From contig OZ024745.1 of the NCBI GenBank assembly GCA_964016885.1, positions 35,092,001 to 35,156,000 of the forward strand: a DNA stretch of 64,000 nucleotides, written 5' to 3'. The position numbers were made by a program, and so were the translations under genes. The stretch comes from Eledone cirrhosa. Taxonomy: Eukaryota. Positions 26,009 to 42,268 of this stretch are shown here, one piece after another (position 1 is the stretch's first letter; every line of letters begins with the position of its first letter). The notes below the pieces were generated by a model that was not told the origin of the DNA, did no database searches, and saw only the letters and a list, made by a program, of their open reading frames with translations.

Positions 26009-26159
26009 GAGAGAGAGATGTATATATTTGTATATATATAAATATGTATATATGTGTGCGCCTGTGTTTTTGCAGTAAAATATTGGTGGAAGTGTAAAAG
26101 GAAAAAGAAAAATAGTGCTCAATCAGGTAAGAGTGTTCATATATTATTTATTTATATTC

Positions 26160-26242
26160 ATATGAAACATACTAGATCAAAGATCGCACCAAGGCTGGAG
26201 TTTTCCCCAGTAACAGAACTGTGTATATTGTGTAACCTCAGG
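26160..26242. repeat. unclassified dispersed repeat (second copy ~27427-27506)
   Basis: TATGAAACATACTAGATCAA...CCCAGT.ACAGAAC.GTG is shared. Confidence 0.6.
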
Positions 26243-26419
26243 ACTAGGTCACAAATTGGATGGCTTCCCCACTCTGCACCACCGTGTACAATCTGGACAG
26301 ATTGCCATAATTGCACTTTGAAACCATATATATATTGCTTTTTGTTCCGTTTCTGTATCATGTATTATAATTATATAAATACATATATATATATATAGTA
26401 CAATTATATGTGTATATAT

Positions 26420-26505
<86 letters not shown>

Positions 26506-26563
26506 TAATTATATATCTATCTCTCTACATATAACCATACAAGTGTCAGCTGGAAAGTTCATA

Positions 26564-26768
26564 CAAGGGTCGGCTAAAAAGTGCATTGGCTGCCTATGAA
26601 GGAGTGATGCTAGCGCTGTGAAATCTTGCTTACATTAATTTCAACTCCTCTTATTAATTACTGCATTGTATCTTTCCAGGGACTCTGTTGAAAAATAAAC
26701 CTTATTTAGCCATTCCACGAGAGTATCTTGGTCAGCTTTTTATCTTGTTACTTTTCAGCCGACCCTCA
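26564..26768. mobile_element. mariner-type MITE
   Basis: TA|CAAGGGTCGGCTAAAAAGT ... ACTTTTCAGCCGACCCTCA|TA inverted termini; an extra decayed TIR at 26538-26561. Confidence 0.8.
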
Positions 26769-27149
26769 TATATATATGTATATTTCGAATAAATCTCTCT
26801 CTTTCTCTCTATGGTTCTTATATATTTGATATATATTTATCCTTATCGAGCCCTCTTTGGATTTATTATTCAAATTTATTATTATTACTATATATATATA
26901 TATATATATATTCGACTATCTGAGATTTTGATATATAGCGAAATGTTTGTGGATTTACTTCCAATGCAATATGATTTTCTTTTGATAATCATTTTTCTTT
27001 ATTTAACTGTAAAGATTAATTCTCAGTTTAGTTTTTAATATTCGATTAGACATTTAACAGAAATGCATTCGTCTTTACTAAGTGTCGTTTTTCTCGGTAT
27101 TTTTTCGTTTTTTCTGTAAAAGTTAATGTATATACAGTTATACATACGT

Positions 27150-27184
<35 letters not shown>

Positions 27185-27343
27185 TACACATACACTCTCA
27201 CACACACATAAGCATACATATGCATAGAAAACCTTCACACCGACACAATCATCAGGCATAGTGATATCACTCAAATACAAACTACAACATACATATGTAT
27301 ATGCTTACACATTTTTACATATACACAAACAATCATAGTCATA

Positions 27344-27384
<41 letters not shown>

Positions 27385-28282
27385 CCCACACATATTTATA
27401 TCCATGGGTGTGGGCTTATTTATGTATATGAAACATACTAGATCAACGAACGCATCAAGGCCTGTGTCTTACCCAGTGACAGAACAGTGAATGTTGTGTA
27501 GCCAGGTTTGAATTCTCGGCTTTATAGGCAGTAATCCAGAACAACCCAACTACCTAACAACATACCTTTTCTTTTACTCTGCAGATGTCTTCTTATTACT
27601 GTTTCGTGTATATATATTAGATGGTTTAATGTCTTAGAATTTGTTTTTTGTTTTCTTTACCACTTATTTATATTCAACTGTCTTCTAAGAAAACAAAAAC
27701 AATTTTTATATATTTAATGTAAAATGGAGAGTGAACTGAAAAGATATTACGAACGCAGAAAATTGTGGCTATCCCAGTGATGACAATTTGCGTTTGTTAT
27801 TTAACATTTTTTATAATTTTTCTCTATCTATTGTTCATATTTAGTCAGACTAATCATGACAAAAACTTTGTGCTTGATTTAACCAAATATACTTATAGTT
27901 TGGCTGGCAGGCATTATATGCCACTCAGTTTAACACCAACATCTATGCCTTAGTCTAAATTGTGAGACACTTTCGATTAGATCTCCAGTCTCTTTTCCTC
28001 TCTAACTGGCCCAGCAAAATATAATGTAGCTCTTGCTAAACTTCTTTGTTTCAGTAGACAAGAAACAAATATTGTAATCAAGAAATATTGAGGAATCAAC
28101 AGTACGCATTATTTAATAAGAAATTGATTAATTAGGAATGATTAGCTTCTAATTTCATAGTTATTAGAAATATTGAAATATATATAATAATATATATATT
28201 ATATAGGTAAAAATATGCTATGGGTACTATATACGTGAGTGCGTTTTTATATATATATAAATAAATAAATAAATATATATAT

Positions 28283-28367
<85 letters not shown>

Positions 28368-28697
28368 TGTATGAATGTATGCTAACTGACACTCCGTCTG
28401 TTACGACGATCAGTGTTTCAGGTGATTCGATCAATAGAACAGCCTGCTCATGAAATTAACAAGCAAGTGGCTGAGCATTTCACAGATACGTGTATCTTTA
28501 TTTAGCATGACACAGTTCAGAGAGGACTAATTCAACGTGAAATTCAGACTTGATCAAGGTCACAACGCACTATTGGAATCTAACTTGACCTTATACCGAA
28601 CACGACCTTGAGCCGAATACGCTAACCACTAAGCCACATGAATATATATAATATATATCTGTGTGTGCGTGAGAATGTATGAATAGGTATAATATAA

Positions 28698-28778
<81 letters not shown>

Positions 28779-29146
28779 GTAGATGTACATATGCAGTTTT
28801 TAAAAATGAAACCCTTGATGGGCACTGTTGATGAAAGAGAGCCCCAGAAGAGGTAGTCGGCGTAAGACATGAGAGACAAGTTACGTTTTTTACCTATTCG
28901 TCAGCGAAAGTATATTGGTGCGAAATACCCCTTTCATGACCTCGGAAACGGGGTTGAGAAATGGAGGAAGGTATATTCAAACCGGAAATCTCTGTGAGAT
29001 TCGAATGCAGAGAACCATTTTTTCAATACTTTATCTGCTCTGCCAAGTGAGCCGGTTGCTTTGATGCGTGTGATAAAAGGAAATGGTGGCAGTAGTTTCA
29101 AGTTTTGTTTACGCACACACACACACACACACACACGCACACACAC

Positions 29147-29258
<112 letters not shown>

Positions 29259-29274
29259 TTATATATATATATAT

Positions 29275-29515
29275 GCAAAAGACAAACAGATATAACAAAG
29301 CAAACGACACAGTATAGTGAATATATTAGTCTTATGTTTGACATAGAAGGAAAAGAGTCAGAACGTTTCGGACGCAAGTCATTCGCCAGAAAATAGAATG
29401 AGAAATTAAAGAAGAAATACAAAGATTGAGGTGACTGGGTAGTGGCAGAAACAAAGGAAATTTTTTCCACAGAAAAATCAGGTCTATCCACCTCATCATC
29501 CCTTGGAAAACTGAT
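29275..29515 (-). mobile_element. old hammerhead-bearing repeat, family J (relatives ~32740-32910 +, ~37680-37880 +)
   Basis: Decayed cores: CTGGCGA-ATGAC ttgc GTCC-GAAA-CG-TT (29358-29393, -), ctt-CAGATAA-AAGAC taga GCAC-GAAA-CG-TA-aag (32785-32818), CGGATAA-AGGAC taac GTCT-GACA-CG-TT (37764-37791), each in a similar CATTCT/TTTT context. Confidence 0.55.
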
Positions 29516-29553
29516 ATATATATATATATATAAATATATCAGTATATATATAA

Positions 29554-29589
<36 letters not shown>

Positions 29590-29705
29590 TGATATATTTA
29601 TATATATATATCAGTTTTCCAAGGGATGGTGACGTGGATAGACCTGATATATATATGTAATAATAATAAATTTGAAGACTAAAATATATATATATATATA
29701 TATAC

Positions 29706-29812
<107 letters not shown>

Positions 29813-30290
29813 TATACACATATATATATATATGTATATATATATGTGTATATAACTGCTTTCTTTTGTGTGAGTTTATTTGAAGGCGCGTTGCCTAGTG
29901 GTGACGGTTTTGGGGTTCATGATCACAGATTTGTGGGTCTTTTTTTTGGACTGATTGGCACCTTGTGTTCTGGAACAAAACACTTAAATTTAGGTTGCTA
30001 CTGTGTACTTAGCTGAAAACAAATAGTAACAACTGGGGATTAAGCTTGCAATGGAGAGAGGTTTATAATCTCAGTCGCTTGATGTGCAATATGTATATAT
30101 AAACAAACTATACATGTTACTTAAACAAACTCTCGACACTTTGTTTTTTTTTTACTTGATTCTTGCCACTAATTAAATGGAATAGTTTCCTTATAGTAGT
30201 AGGACATGGTCATCCTCACCGGTCTCTCTATGATTGCATGACGTCGTATATATACTGAACTATACGTACATACGCATATATACAAAAGCA

Positions 30291-30360
<70 letters not shown>

Positions 30361-30381
30361 TATTCTTCAGCTTGTAGTATG

Positions 30382-30413
<32 letters not shown>

Positions 30414-30455
30414 TGTATGTATGTATGTATGTATGTATGTATGTATGTATGTATG

Positions 30456-30915
30456 TTCTTCTGGTTTTATAATTTCCCAAAGTTTTACAAATAGAGAGAG
30501 AGTCGGTTTCTAACATAGACACAATACTCTCTCATTGGAATTTACACAACATCAACTAGGTAGATATGTATGTATGTCTGCATGCATGCATGTGTAGATA
30601 TGGATGTGTATGTTTTGAGTTGTATGTGTGCATGTGTATATGCTTTGTATCTGTACATGTGTATATGCAGTTATTAGATGCAAAATGTTTGGAATGTTTT
30701 ACATATTTTTACTGTTCCATTAATGGATTGTACTTGTAATTTCCTAACTAGTTGTGTTCTTTCTGTTCCTGTGAAGCCTAGCTTCTCAAGATTTGTATTG
30801 AGGCAGTTACTAACATATCCCAGTGCCCCAATAATCACAGGTATAAATCTGAAGGTGTAATCAGGGTGGAGTATCTGCAGATTTCACATCAGTTCTGCAT
30901 AAATATTCTCCTTTT
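30456..30915 (-). mobile_element. 5'-truncated RLE-type LINE in (CATA)n
   Basis: ENIYAELM*NLQILHPDYTFRFIPVIIGALGYVSNCLNTNLEKLG...KICKTFQTFCI* (stop ~30674) plus 3' UTR; (TATG)n on both sides. Confidence 0.8.
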
Positions 30916-31115
30916 ATGTATGTATGTATGTATGTATGTATGTATGTATGTATGTATGTATGTATGTATGTATGTATGTATGTATGTATGTATGTATGTA
31001 TGTATGTATTAACACACTCGTTCAGCGCATTGGTAGTTCTCCTACATGGATATAAAGTAGTGGCCGTACTCGAAAACGAGTTGGCAGCCACCATGTATGT
31101 ATGTATGTATGTATG

Positions 31116-31147
<32 letters not shown>

Positions 31148-31151
<4 letters not shown>

Positions 31152-31440
31152 AAGTTGAAGAATATAATTATATATATAATTCCTATAATTTTCTGTGGAA
31201 TTTGAGACATTCGGTGAAGCTGACAACAAGGTTCTTGTCAGTGTTGGCAGCTCAGTTTATCGACTTTAAAGGTGATGCGCTTGAGCGTGCTTAGATATTT
31301 CAACACATTATCTACCCTATAACCCGTGGCAAGGGTTTCTTCAAACATTACAAGAGGGTATCTCCAGCGCTCACTTTTGTGGTAATTACTTAAGTATACA
31401 CGTCGCCCCTCGGCTTTATTTTCCTGCTTATTGTTTTCGT
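31148..31440 (+). pseudogene. CRE-like non-LTR retrotransposon endonuclease C-terminal remnant
   Basis: With frameshifts: YNF..ETFG..LTTRFLSVLAAQFIDFKGDALERA*IFQHIIYPITRGKG. This resembles the F.P.A.ET.G...F...GD.RE...FQR.S....RGN motif as I recall it. Confidence 0.55.
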
Positions 31441-31678
31441 TCTTTTCTTTTTATCAATTTTCTACAGGAATTTATGTAAGTATAGATTATTTACTTCCTT
31501 GACAATGTCACTACCACTAATGGACACAATAGAAACTAACAAATAAGCCAATTATTCAATTATTCAAGTATTATATTAACACGTAGTATCTTACAAACAT
31601 CCAGTCTCTCTATCTCCCCCTCTCTCCACAGGCTATACACACACACACACACAGACACACACACACACATATATATAT

Positions 31679-31792
31679 ATATTCATTTTATGAAGGTTAA
31701 ATTGCATCTCAATTTAGCCTTCATAAAATGAATATTTAAATTCTGCTTTAGTATTGACTACTCTTTTTTCTCAGCCGCCAACCACAAACGGA
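31679..31792 (+). mobile_element. miniature asymmetric palindrome
   Basis: 26-bp arms 31679-31704 / 31710-31735 plus a ~57-nt tail, between (TA)n and (CA)n. Confidence 0.6.
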
Positions 31793-31806
31793 TACACACA
31801 CACACG

Positions 31807-31936
<130 letters not shown>

Positions 31937-31972
31937 CACACACACACACACAAATACACATATATATGTATA

Positions 31973-32205
<233 letters not shown>

Positions 32206-32986
32206 CATTATTTACCTTGGTCTCTATATATATTATATAAAGTGTTTTAAAGAGTGGACACACACTTAAGTATTATATAAAAAATAATTCCATCGCATAA
32301 TCACCTTTGGGAATCTACTTATCTTTGATAAATCCTTCGACACATTGTGAAAATCTAAATAAAGGTAAAACATCTAAATAGCATCTAAATAGCGGCAAAA
32401 AAATCCTTTCTGCTCCAATACACAGCAACATTAGAAATGTGTAAACGTTTTTATTATTGTATCAAGGCAAAGCAGATAACTTCATTGTACCTATACTTTT
32501 CGTGCAATTGAATTTTCCGACCACACTTCTCGAGCTAGATTTATTGTTTTAAGACCGTGAATAGATTTAGTTGTCTGATGCCAGTAACATGTAATAATCC
32601 GGTTTCAAATGCACAATTATATATATATATATAAATATATACATGTGTGTTCAGTCAGCGATATATATTTATATATATATATGGCTGAAGGAACACACTA
32701 AAATGTGTTAGAATCTAAAAAATAAAATTCCGTTACTTCCTTTTCTCACTCATTTCATCTTTTATTTCTCATTTCATCTTTTATCTTCAGATAAAAGACT
32801 AGAGCACGAAACGTAAAGCTTCTTTTCCTTGTAAATCAAGCTTTAAATTAATATATTTCTTCATTGTACAGTGTTGTTTGTTTAGATGGTTCCGTTTACG
32901 TTTTGCCTATTTATAAATATCATAGGAATACATTATTATTCAAAATAGATAGTAATTACGCTCACACACACACGCACGCAGGCACG

Positions 32987-33094
<108 letters not shown>

Positions 33095-33678
33095 ATTGCT
33101 TTCTTTTAATATAATAATATATTCCTCTTCTATTGACTCTGCAATAGAATTCATGATAAGATTCTAAGTAATTGAAAATGTTTGCAGAAAAATATTTACC
33201 TATTGAGAATAAGAAAAAAAATACTCCTTTCCCACTGAATCGAATCTTCAATTCTTTTCCGCGCTAATTCTACTCGTCCTACACAGATATACTAGTCAAT
33301 AATTCCTTTTACATTTGGCAGGTATTTAAGTGAAATCGATGTGAAATTTCATAACGTTGCTACAGATTAAAGAAATCGTTGAAATACAAACAGAACATAA
33401 AACAAAATATTAATTTATACGTAATGTGCATACGCAATACGCACCCTAATTCTCTTTTTTTAGCTTCATGTACACACATACATACAGACAATATATATAT
33501 ATATATATAAATAAAAATATTTGTATATATATATATATAAATAAAAAATATTTGTATATATATATATATATATATATAAGTAATATATATATATATATAT
33601 ACATATAAGTTTATATATACATATAAGTATATATATATATAAGTATATATATATATATAAGTATATATATATATATAA

Positions 33679-33737
<59 letters not shown>

Positions 33738-34013
33738 AATATAAATTTAGCGAGAATCGCATTTCGGCATATATATATATAAATATATATATATATACAT
33801 ACATATATATATATACATACATATTTATATATACACATACATATATATATACATGCATATATATATATATATACATATATATTATATATATGCATACATA
33901 TATATGTATATATATACACTTATATATATATATACATATGTATACATATATATATGTATATACATATATATATATACACACATACATATATATATATGTA
34001 CATATATATATAT

Positions 34014-34072
<59 letters not shown>

Positions 34073-34190
34073 CATAGACACATATATATATATACACACA
34101 CATACATATATATATACATATGTATACATATATATATATATATGTATATACACACACACATATATATATATGTATATATATATATATATG

Positions 34191-34314
<124 letters not shown>

Positions 34315-34894
34315 AATATATATATATTTATATATATATATATATATTATTTATTTTGTTTAATCCTTTTTAAAAGAATTCAAGTTTGCGAGATAGAAAA
34401 TTAAAGAGAGAAAGAAAGAGAGTAAAAAAATCAACGAAGTTTTTTACAAAATATATTTTATTTAAATAGCAATAAATTATGTGGATTATACTTTTCTTTA
34501 ATATTATAAATTTTTAATAATTTTAATCCTTTATTTATTCATTTCACTCATGACTTTCAAAATGATATGACAGTCAGGAGAATACATCTTTAATAATCTC
34601 TTTATATGACATCTATTTTTTTTTGTTTTAAATGTTTTGATCTGTTAGCTAAGTTATTTGGGCTTTCTGTCAACACCGCCAAAATTCAAATTTTCTCTCG
34701 CCTAATTTTGTCAACATACCTTAAGAAAATGTGTAACGAAGCCGGTTTAATTCAATGCCTAACCAAATACTTTCTATATCTGTTATCGTAATACATTTCT
34801 ACCTCTCCCCTCTCTCTCTATCTCTCTATCTCATATATATATGTATGTAAATATATATATATATATATATTTCAATAATCTGTGTTGGTTGATC

Positions 34895-35215
<321 letters not shown>

Positions 35216-35285
35216 GTGAGGTTTTTTTTACAAAATCAAAATTAACCGAGGTGTCCTACACGAGTGAAAGTATAAAGAAAAAAAG

Positions 35286-35319
35286 ATGAAAAGCAGAAGA
35301 ACTGCGAAACCGGTAGAGG
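35286..35319 (+). ncRNA. 3' part of a hammerhead (5' core lost)
   Basis: TGAAAA-GCAG aagaa CTGC-GAAA-CCGG-TA-GAGG. Confidence 0.45.
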
Positions 35320-35390
35320 AACGAAATAAATATATATATTTTTAAAAAAATAAGACTTCAGTTGCATTTTCGATTTCATCTTTTTTTCTT

Positions 35391-35475
<85 letters not shown>

Positions 35476-35562
35476 CCCACTCGCAAGCGTGAAACTAATA
35501 TTAACATTTTGTACTGCCTCTTCGCTTCAACGTTGTATTTTTGTTTTTTGTTTACTGTCTCA

Positions 35563-35600
<38 letters not shown>

Positions 35601-36120
35601 ACACACTTACGCATACATATATATATATAATGTGTGTGTGATTTATTTCTGTATTAACCGTGGTTTCGTTCAGCGTAAACACATATAACATTTATATTCG
35701 AACCGAATAAATCTTTTTAACACTTACTTCTTCTCCCTCACCCACTCTCCCCTCTCACTATGCACATATACATATATACATATATGCATACATATACATA
35801 TGATATATATACACACAGATATATATATAGGTATATACATATGTAATATGCGTAATACCTTATGGTACCCATGACGTGGTCGATGTCATCAAACACTGAT
35901 TATTGAAATATATATATATATAATATATACAAATATAAATTAGCGACAATCGTATTTCGGCTTAGGAATTAACGAAAAACAACTCCCGAGATGTGTGGCA
36001 AGCGCTCAATGATTCAGATGAACCAGAGCTTCACGTTAAAGGCCAAACACACTGAGACGATGGTTAAACAATCATCCGCAAAGCCATAGAAACGACCAAG
36101 TAATTCGGGTTAAACAAAAA

Positions 36121-36706
<586 letters not shown>

Positions 36707-38012
36707 CATCACTTATGGGTACGGAGTGGTGTTGAGTTGTATTAATGTGTATGTGCGTTATATATTTGCAAATATGTGTCTGTGTATATATATATATGAA
36801 TATAAATATATACATATGTATGTAAATATACCTGCGTACACATTTGTGCATGTATGTACGTATATGTGTGTAAGGTTGTGTATACTTCACATAGTTTGAT
36901 AGTTTGATAGTGCATAATCGATATATTAATTTAAACAATTTTTAATATTCAATTTTAAGTTTCTAGCCTCTAAACGTTAATCCACAAATTTATTTACTTA
37001 TTCAGATATTTATTTATTTTATCAATATATGCAGGTGATGTCAGTCGAGTGACTTGAGCTGGACGCCAGTCGTAGTGTTATGTGGGAAGTATGGTGCCAC
37101 TAGAATCCTACTAGACTGGCACTAGCGAAATCATGGCGTCCACTAGGCCATAAGATTCCTGTACATAAGATAATTTTTCTACCAAACAATACTCAAAGGC
37201 GAAATATTTCACCAATGGTGAAGGTTCAAGAACTATGATTTATGACTGGGTGGGTTGTCTCGAGAACTTTTACAAGTTTTAATCTAAATACAGAGGGTAG
37301 GTGTGCAGCAGGTAGTTAATCAATCCCCCACTTCCACGCCTGTGAGCAAGTGCTAAGGGGAACACGTATTCGTTAGGGGAAAGATTGCGAAAGAATAAAT
37401 ATCGTAGCCGCTTGATCTCCGTTTTCAATTAGGAATGTTGCATTTTAACCTTATTACTTAAGATATTGATTCATGAAGTCGTGTTGGTGGTTGCGTGATG
37501 ACTACATTACGTAATCATGAACGCCACAGGAATATGTATTACGCAGATTATGAAGAAAATGAAGTATGAATATCTACATCGGATTTTCGCAATTATAATT
37601 ATCGTAAGTATACATTTATCCCGTTATAGCGAGCGTAAAACTAATAAAATACTTCTTTGTACTGGTGAAATGAACAGACCTGCTTTTTCTCGATGTTTTT
37701 CCTTTATGCACTTCTCACTTTCCTCTATGTTTATATTTCTTCTCTAATTTCTCATTCTATTTTCGGATAAAGGACTAACGTCTGACACGTTATGGCCCTT
37801 CCTAATATATTAAGTGGGAAACACAAATAAATCTTCATAGAACTTCATCGTCTCTTGTGCTTTCTCCGTTTATTTTTCACAGACAGACATATATATATAT
37901 ATATACATATATACATACATATATATATATATACATACAATATTATATATATACCCATGTTATTAAATGTTTGCTTTGTCCACCATATATTTCTGCATAT
38001 ATATATATATAT

Positions 38013-39048
38013 ATATTGTTATATTTGGGGAGGGTCATATTTGCGTAATATTGCCAGAATTAATAACAGAACACACTCACTGTTTGGTTGGTTTTCGCTT
38101 CTCGCTGTCTTTTATATATATATATCTGCGATCTAACTTATTCGGTCCTCAATGTTGCCATTGACTGACCGGCGGTCAAAAATAATACAGATACAATATA
38201 GACAAACACATATATATATAGTTTACATAAATCTTTCGTTGCACATCTGCAACATCGTCAGTGGTGTTATATTCATTGTTCCTCCTGTTGTGTTGTATGT
38301 CTACGCCATTTTTTTTTTTGTTCAGTCTGTCTATATATTTATTTATTTATTTGCTTGTTTGTTTATCTTATTTTATTTTGTCTTCTTTGCGCATGCGTTT
38401 GCGTGTGTGTATAGTGTTATGTGTGATGTGTGACTAGTGTGTATAGTGTTGTGTCTGCTGGGTGACTAGTGTGTGTTTATGTGCTTGTGTATGTATTTAT
38501 TTATCTTATTTTATTTAATTTAATTTACTTATTTATTTATACTTCTCTTAGGTCAGTGTTGTTTGTTTGGGTGTTGTTGTTGTTCCACTCATTCTTTCTG
38601 TTTAACACTATACACACACGCAAACGCATGCGCAAAGAAGACAAAATAAAATAAGATAAACAAACAAGCAAATAAATAAATAAATATATAGACAGACTGA
38701 ACAAAAAAAAAAAATGGCGTAGACATACAACACAACAGGAGGAACAATGAATATAACACCACTGACGATGTTGCAGATGTGCAACGAAAGATTTATGTAA
38801 ACTATATATATATGTGTTTGTCTATATTGTATCTGTATTATTTTTGACCGCCGGTCAGTCAATGGCAACATTGAGGACCGAATAAGTTAGATCGCAGATA
38901 TATATATATAAAAGACAGCGAGAAGCGAAAACCAACCAAACAGTGAGTGTGTTCTGTTATTAATTCTGGCAATATTACGCAAATATGACCCTCCCCAAAT
39001 ATAACAATATCTGTTTCGACACACGATTTCATATAAAAAACCTCGCAA

Positions 39049-39051
<3 letters not shown>
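38013..39051 (+). mobile_element. family D 1-kb asymmetric palindrome (partial copies ~41020-41100, ~41810-42001)
   Basis: Arms 38013-38419 / 38603-39009, tail 39011-39051; (TA)n on both sides. Confidence 0.9.
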
Positions 39052-39133
<82 letters not shown>

Positions 39134-39612
39134 AATACTATGAAATTTGGTTTCATCTATGAAGCAAGATATAGCAACGCAGATACACACATCCTTGCGT
39201 GCGCACACATTGACTTTTCGTTAATGAAAAACAAGTTTTCTTAATTTCCAAAGGTATGTTGCATTATGGCAATGGTTAAATTTTAAGAAATATCATCTCA
39301 CTATGTTGAAATATATTATTCATTCATTGGCAGTGTTGTTTAACATTAAGTTCAATGTATAATTATTTATTAATTCGTGTTTCGATTATGGGTTAAAAGC
39401 ACATCAGTTCTATTAACATTGCTCTTCGAACTAAAATGGATAAATGAAATAATTTTTGAATTCGATGCTGTTAAAAATTTCACTTGATGCCCATCTAGGC
39501 ATGACTGTGTGGTTAAAGAGTTCGCATGGTACCATATGTAAAATGTCTAATATCCTGGGCTTATCCAGTGCTTTATAAGTGAAAGTTAGAAGCCGGAAAC
39601 TGTAGAAACTCG

Positions 39613-39665
<53 letters not shown>

Positions 39666-39734
39666 CACTCTCAAGCGCGAACCTAATATCTAACACCTTT
39701 CGTAACTGTACTCTTTGTTGTTGTTATTACTTTT

Positions 39735-39884
<150 letters not shown>

Positions 39885-39887
39885 TAT

Positions 39888-39956
<69 letters not shown>

Positions 39957-39965
39957 CATATATAT

Positions 39966-40112
<147 letters not shown>

Positions 40113-40119
40113 TATATAC

Positions 40120-40178
<59 letters not shown>

Positions 40179-40191
40179 TATATACATATAC

Positions 40192-40231
<40 letters not shown>

Positions 40232-41708
40232 TTGTTCGTATCTGTATCTATGTTTACGTTTGTGTCTGAGTTTATGTTCCGTAATTAAGCGATTCGATAC
40301 GATCAAGTAAATCACTTCATGATGAAGCTTCAGTATGGTTGTAGTGTAATGACTGAAACCAGAGCAAAAGAAAAGAATTGAAAAAAAAACTTTAGAAACT
40401 ACTCTTTTACTGACTTCAATCATTGGACTGCAGTTAGGCGCACCGCCTGCACTATTGTATACGTGAAATTTACATTAGCAAATTACAGATTGGTTTGAAG
40501 TTTTCCTTTGACTCAATGTCTTAAGATTTAAAAGTGAAGCTTAATCACACACGGAAGGATAGAACAAAATCTCATAAAATATTTGTATTGACTGAGAGTT
40601 CGAGTAATACAGATGTGTGCTGAGGAAATAAAAATAACTATTGCATAAACTGTCTCTTTGCAACTACGCGGTTCCGGTTTCGATTCCACTGGTCTTAGTA
40701 CAGATGCTATTGTAGTAGCTACGAATTAATCAATACCTTATGAAGGATATTTGGTAGATAGAAGCCCATTCTCTCTTTCTTCCTCTCTCTACCTCCCTAC
40801 CCCTATATATTTCTCTCTCGCTGTGACTCTGTCTGTCAGTATCTCTCTCTCTCTCACTCTCTCTCTATATATGGGTATAATGGGGATGGTAATGTTGCTG
40901 TTATTGCCAATAAAATCACACGCACTAATTGATTTTCACTTTAGCATTATTATTAGTTATTAGCTCGACAAAGTTCTTTGAATTAAAAACCAAGTAGTAC
41001 ATGTGATTTTATTACCAATATTGGCAACATGACGATGCCCAATTATAACAATATATGTCTCAACACACGATTTCACATCAAAGATCTTACAAAACAAATA
41101 TATATATATATATGATTAGATTAATATTCCTATACACTAGTAATAATTATTTGAGTGTTGAAAGCAAGTAATTCCTTATAAATATCGACATATTTAACAT
41201 TGATTTGAATTAGCTGACGACAATAGGATGAAATATCAATCACATTGTACAAATAACATGTCATACATTTTATTTTTCATAGACTTAGTAGTAGGACTAA
41301 ACATATTGAACAAGATGTATGTTTAAATGTAGCACGATTAGGAGAATCACGGATGGATGCTAGAATGTTTGTTGGACTCGGATAAACGAATTAGATTATA
41401 TGAATGTGTTTGAAGTGAATGGATCTTGGTTTGTTAATTTTGGACTTATATAAATTTGACTAAACTTTTCTTAAGGTGATATTGACAAACGTTGACATCG
41501 TATCACAAATACTTCCTATGTATTCTACGTACATACAAAAACACAAACAACGAAGGAGAAAAGAGATATTATATACAATTCTAGATATCAGCAAGCCAGT
41601 AAATGAAATTATTGTTTCAAATTAGTACGAACAAGATATCTGGTCATCAAGTTCGTGATCTGTGGCAATCTGCGAATCTCAGAGTAGAAACAGAGGTTAA
41701 TCTCAGTA

Positions 41709-41816
<108 letters not shown>

Positions 41817-41999
41817 TTGTGTCTATATTGTATCTGTATTTTTGACCGTTGGTCAGTCAATGGTAACATTGAGGACCGAATAAATTAAATTAACCGATAT
41901 AAAGGACACAGAAGCGAAAATCAACCAAACAGTGAGTGTGTTCTGTTATTAATTCTGGCAATATTATTTACACAAATATGACCCTCCCCAAATATAACA

Positions 42000-42050
<51 letters not shown>

Positions 42051-42053
<3 letters not shown>

Positions 42054-42214
42054 ATAATAATAAATTTGAAGACTAAAATCCAAAGAGGGCTCGATAAGTA
42101 TATTTTAGTTTCAGAAGATCCCGTTAAGATCCCGTTAAGGGTGAAAGCAACGATTCTTTGCTTAAACTTTAATCTGTTATTTTAATAAATATATATATAT
42201 ATATATATATATAT

Positions 42215-42268
<54 letters not shown>

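Noticed and set aside
28840-28910. CTGACGA on the minus strand followed by a stem
   Set aside because: No GAAA or stem III after the stem; not called a hammerhead.
35930-36125. Hammerhead in the repeat shared with ~33735-33768
   Set aside because: Only a GCC-GAAA...GTC half on the minus strand; no matching 5' core or stem I.
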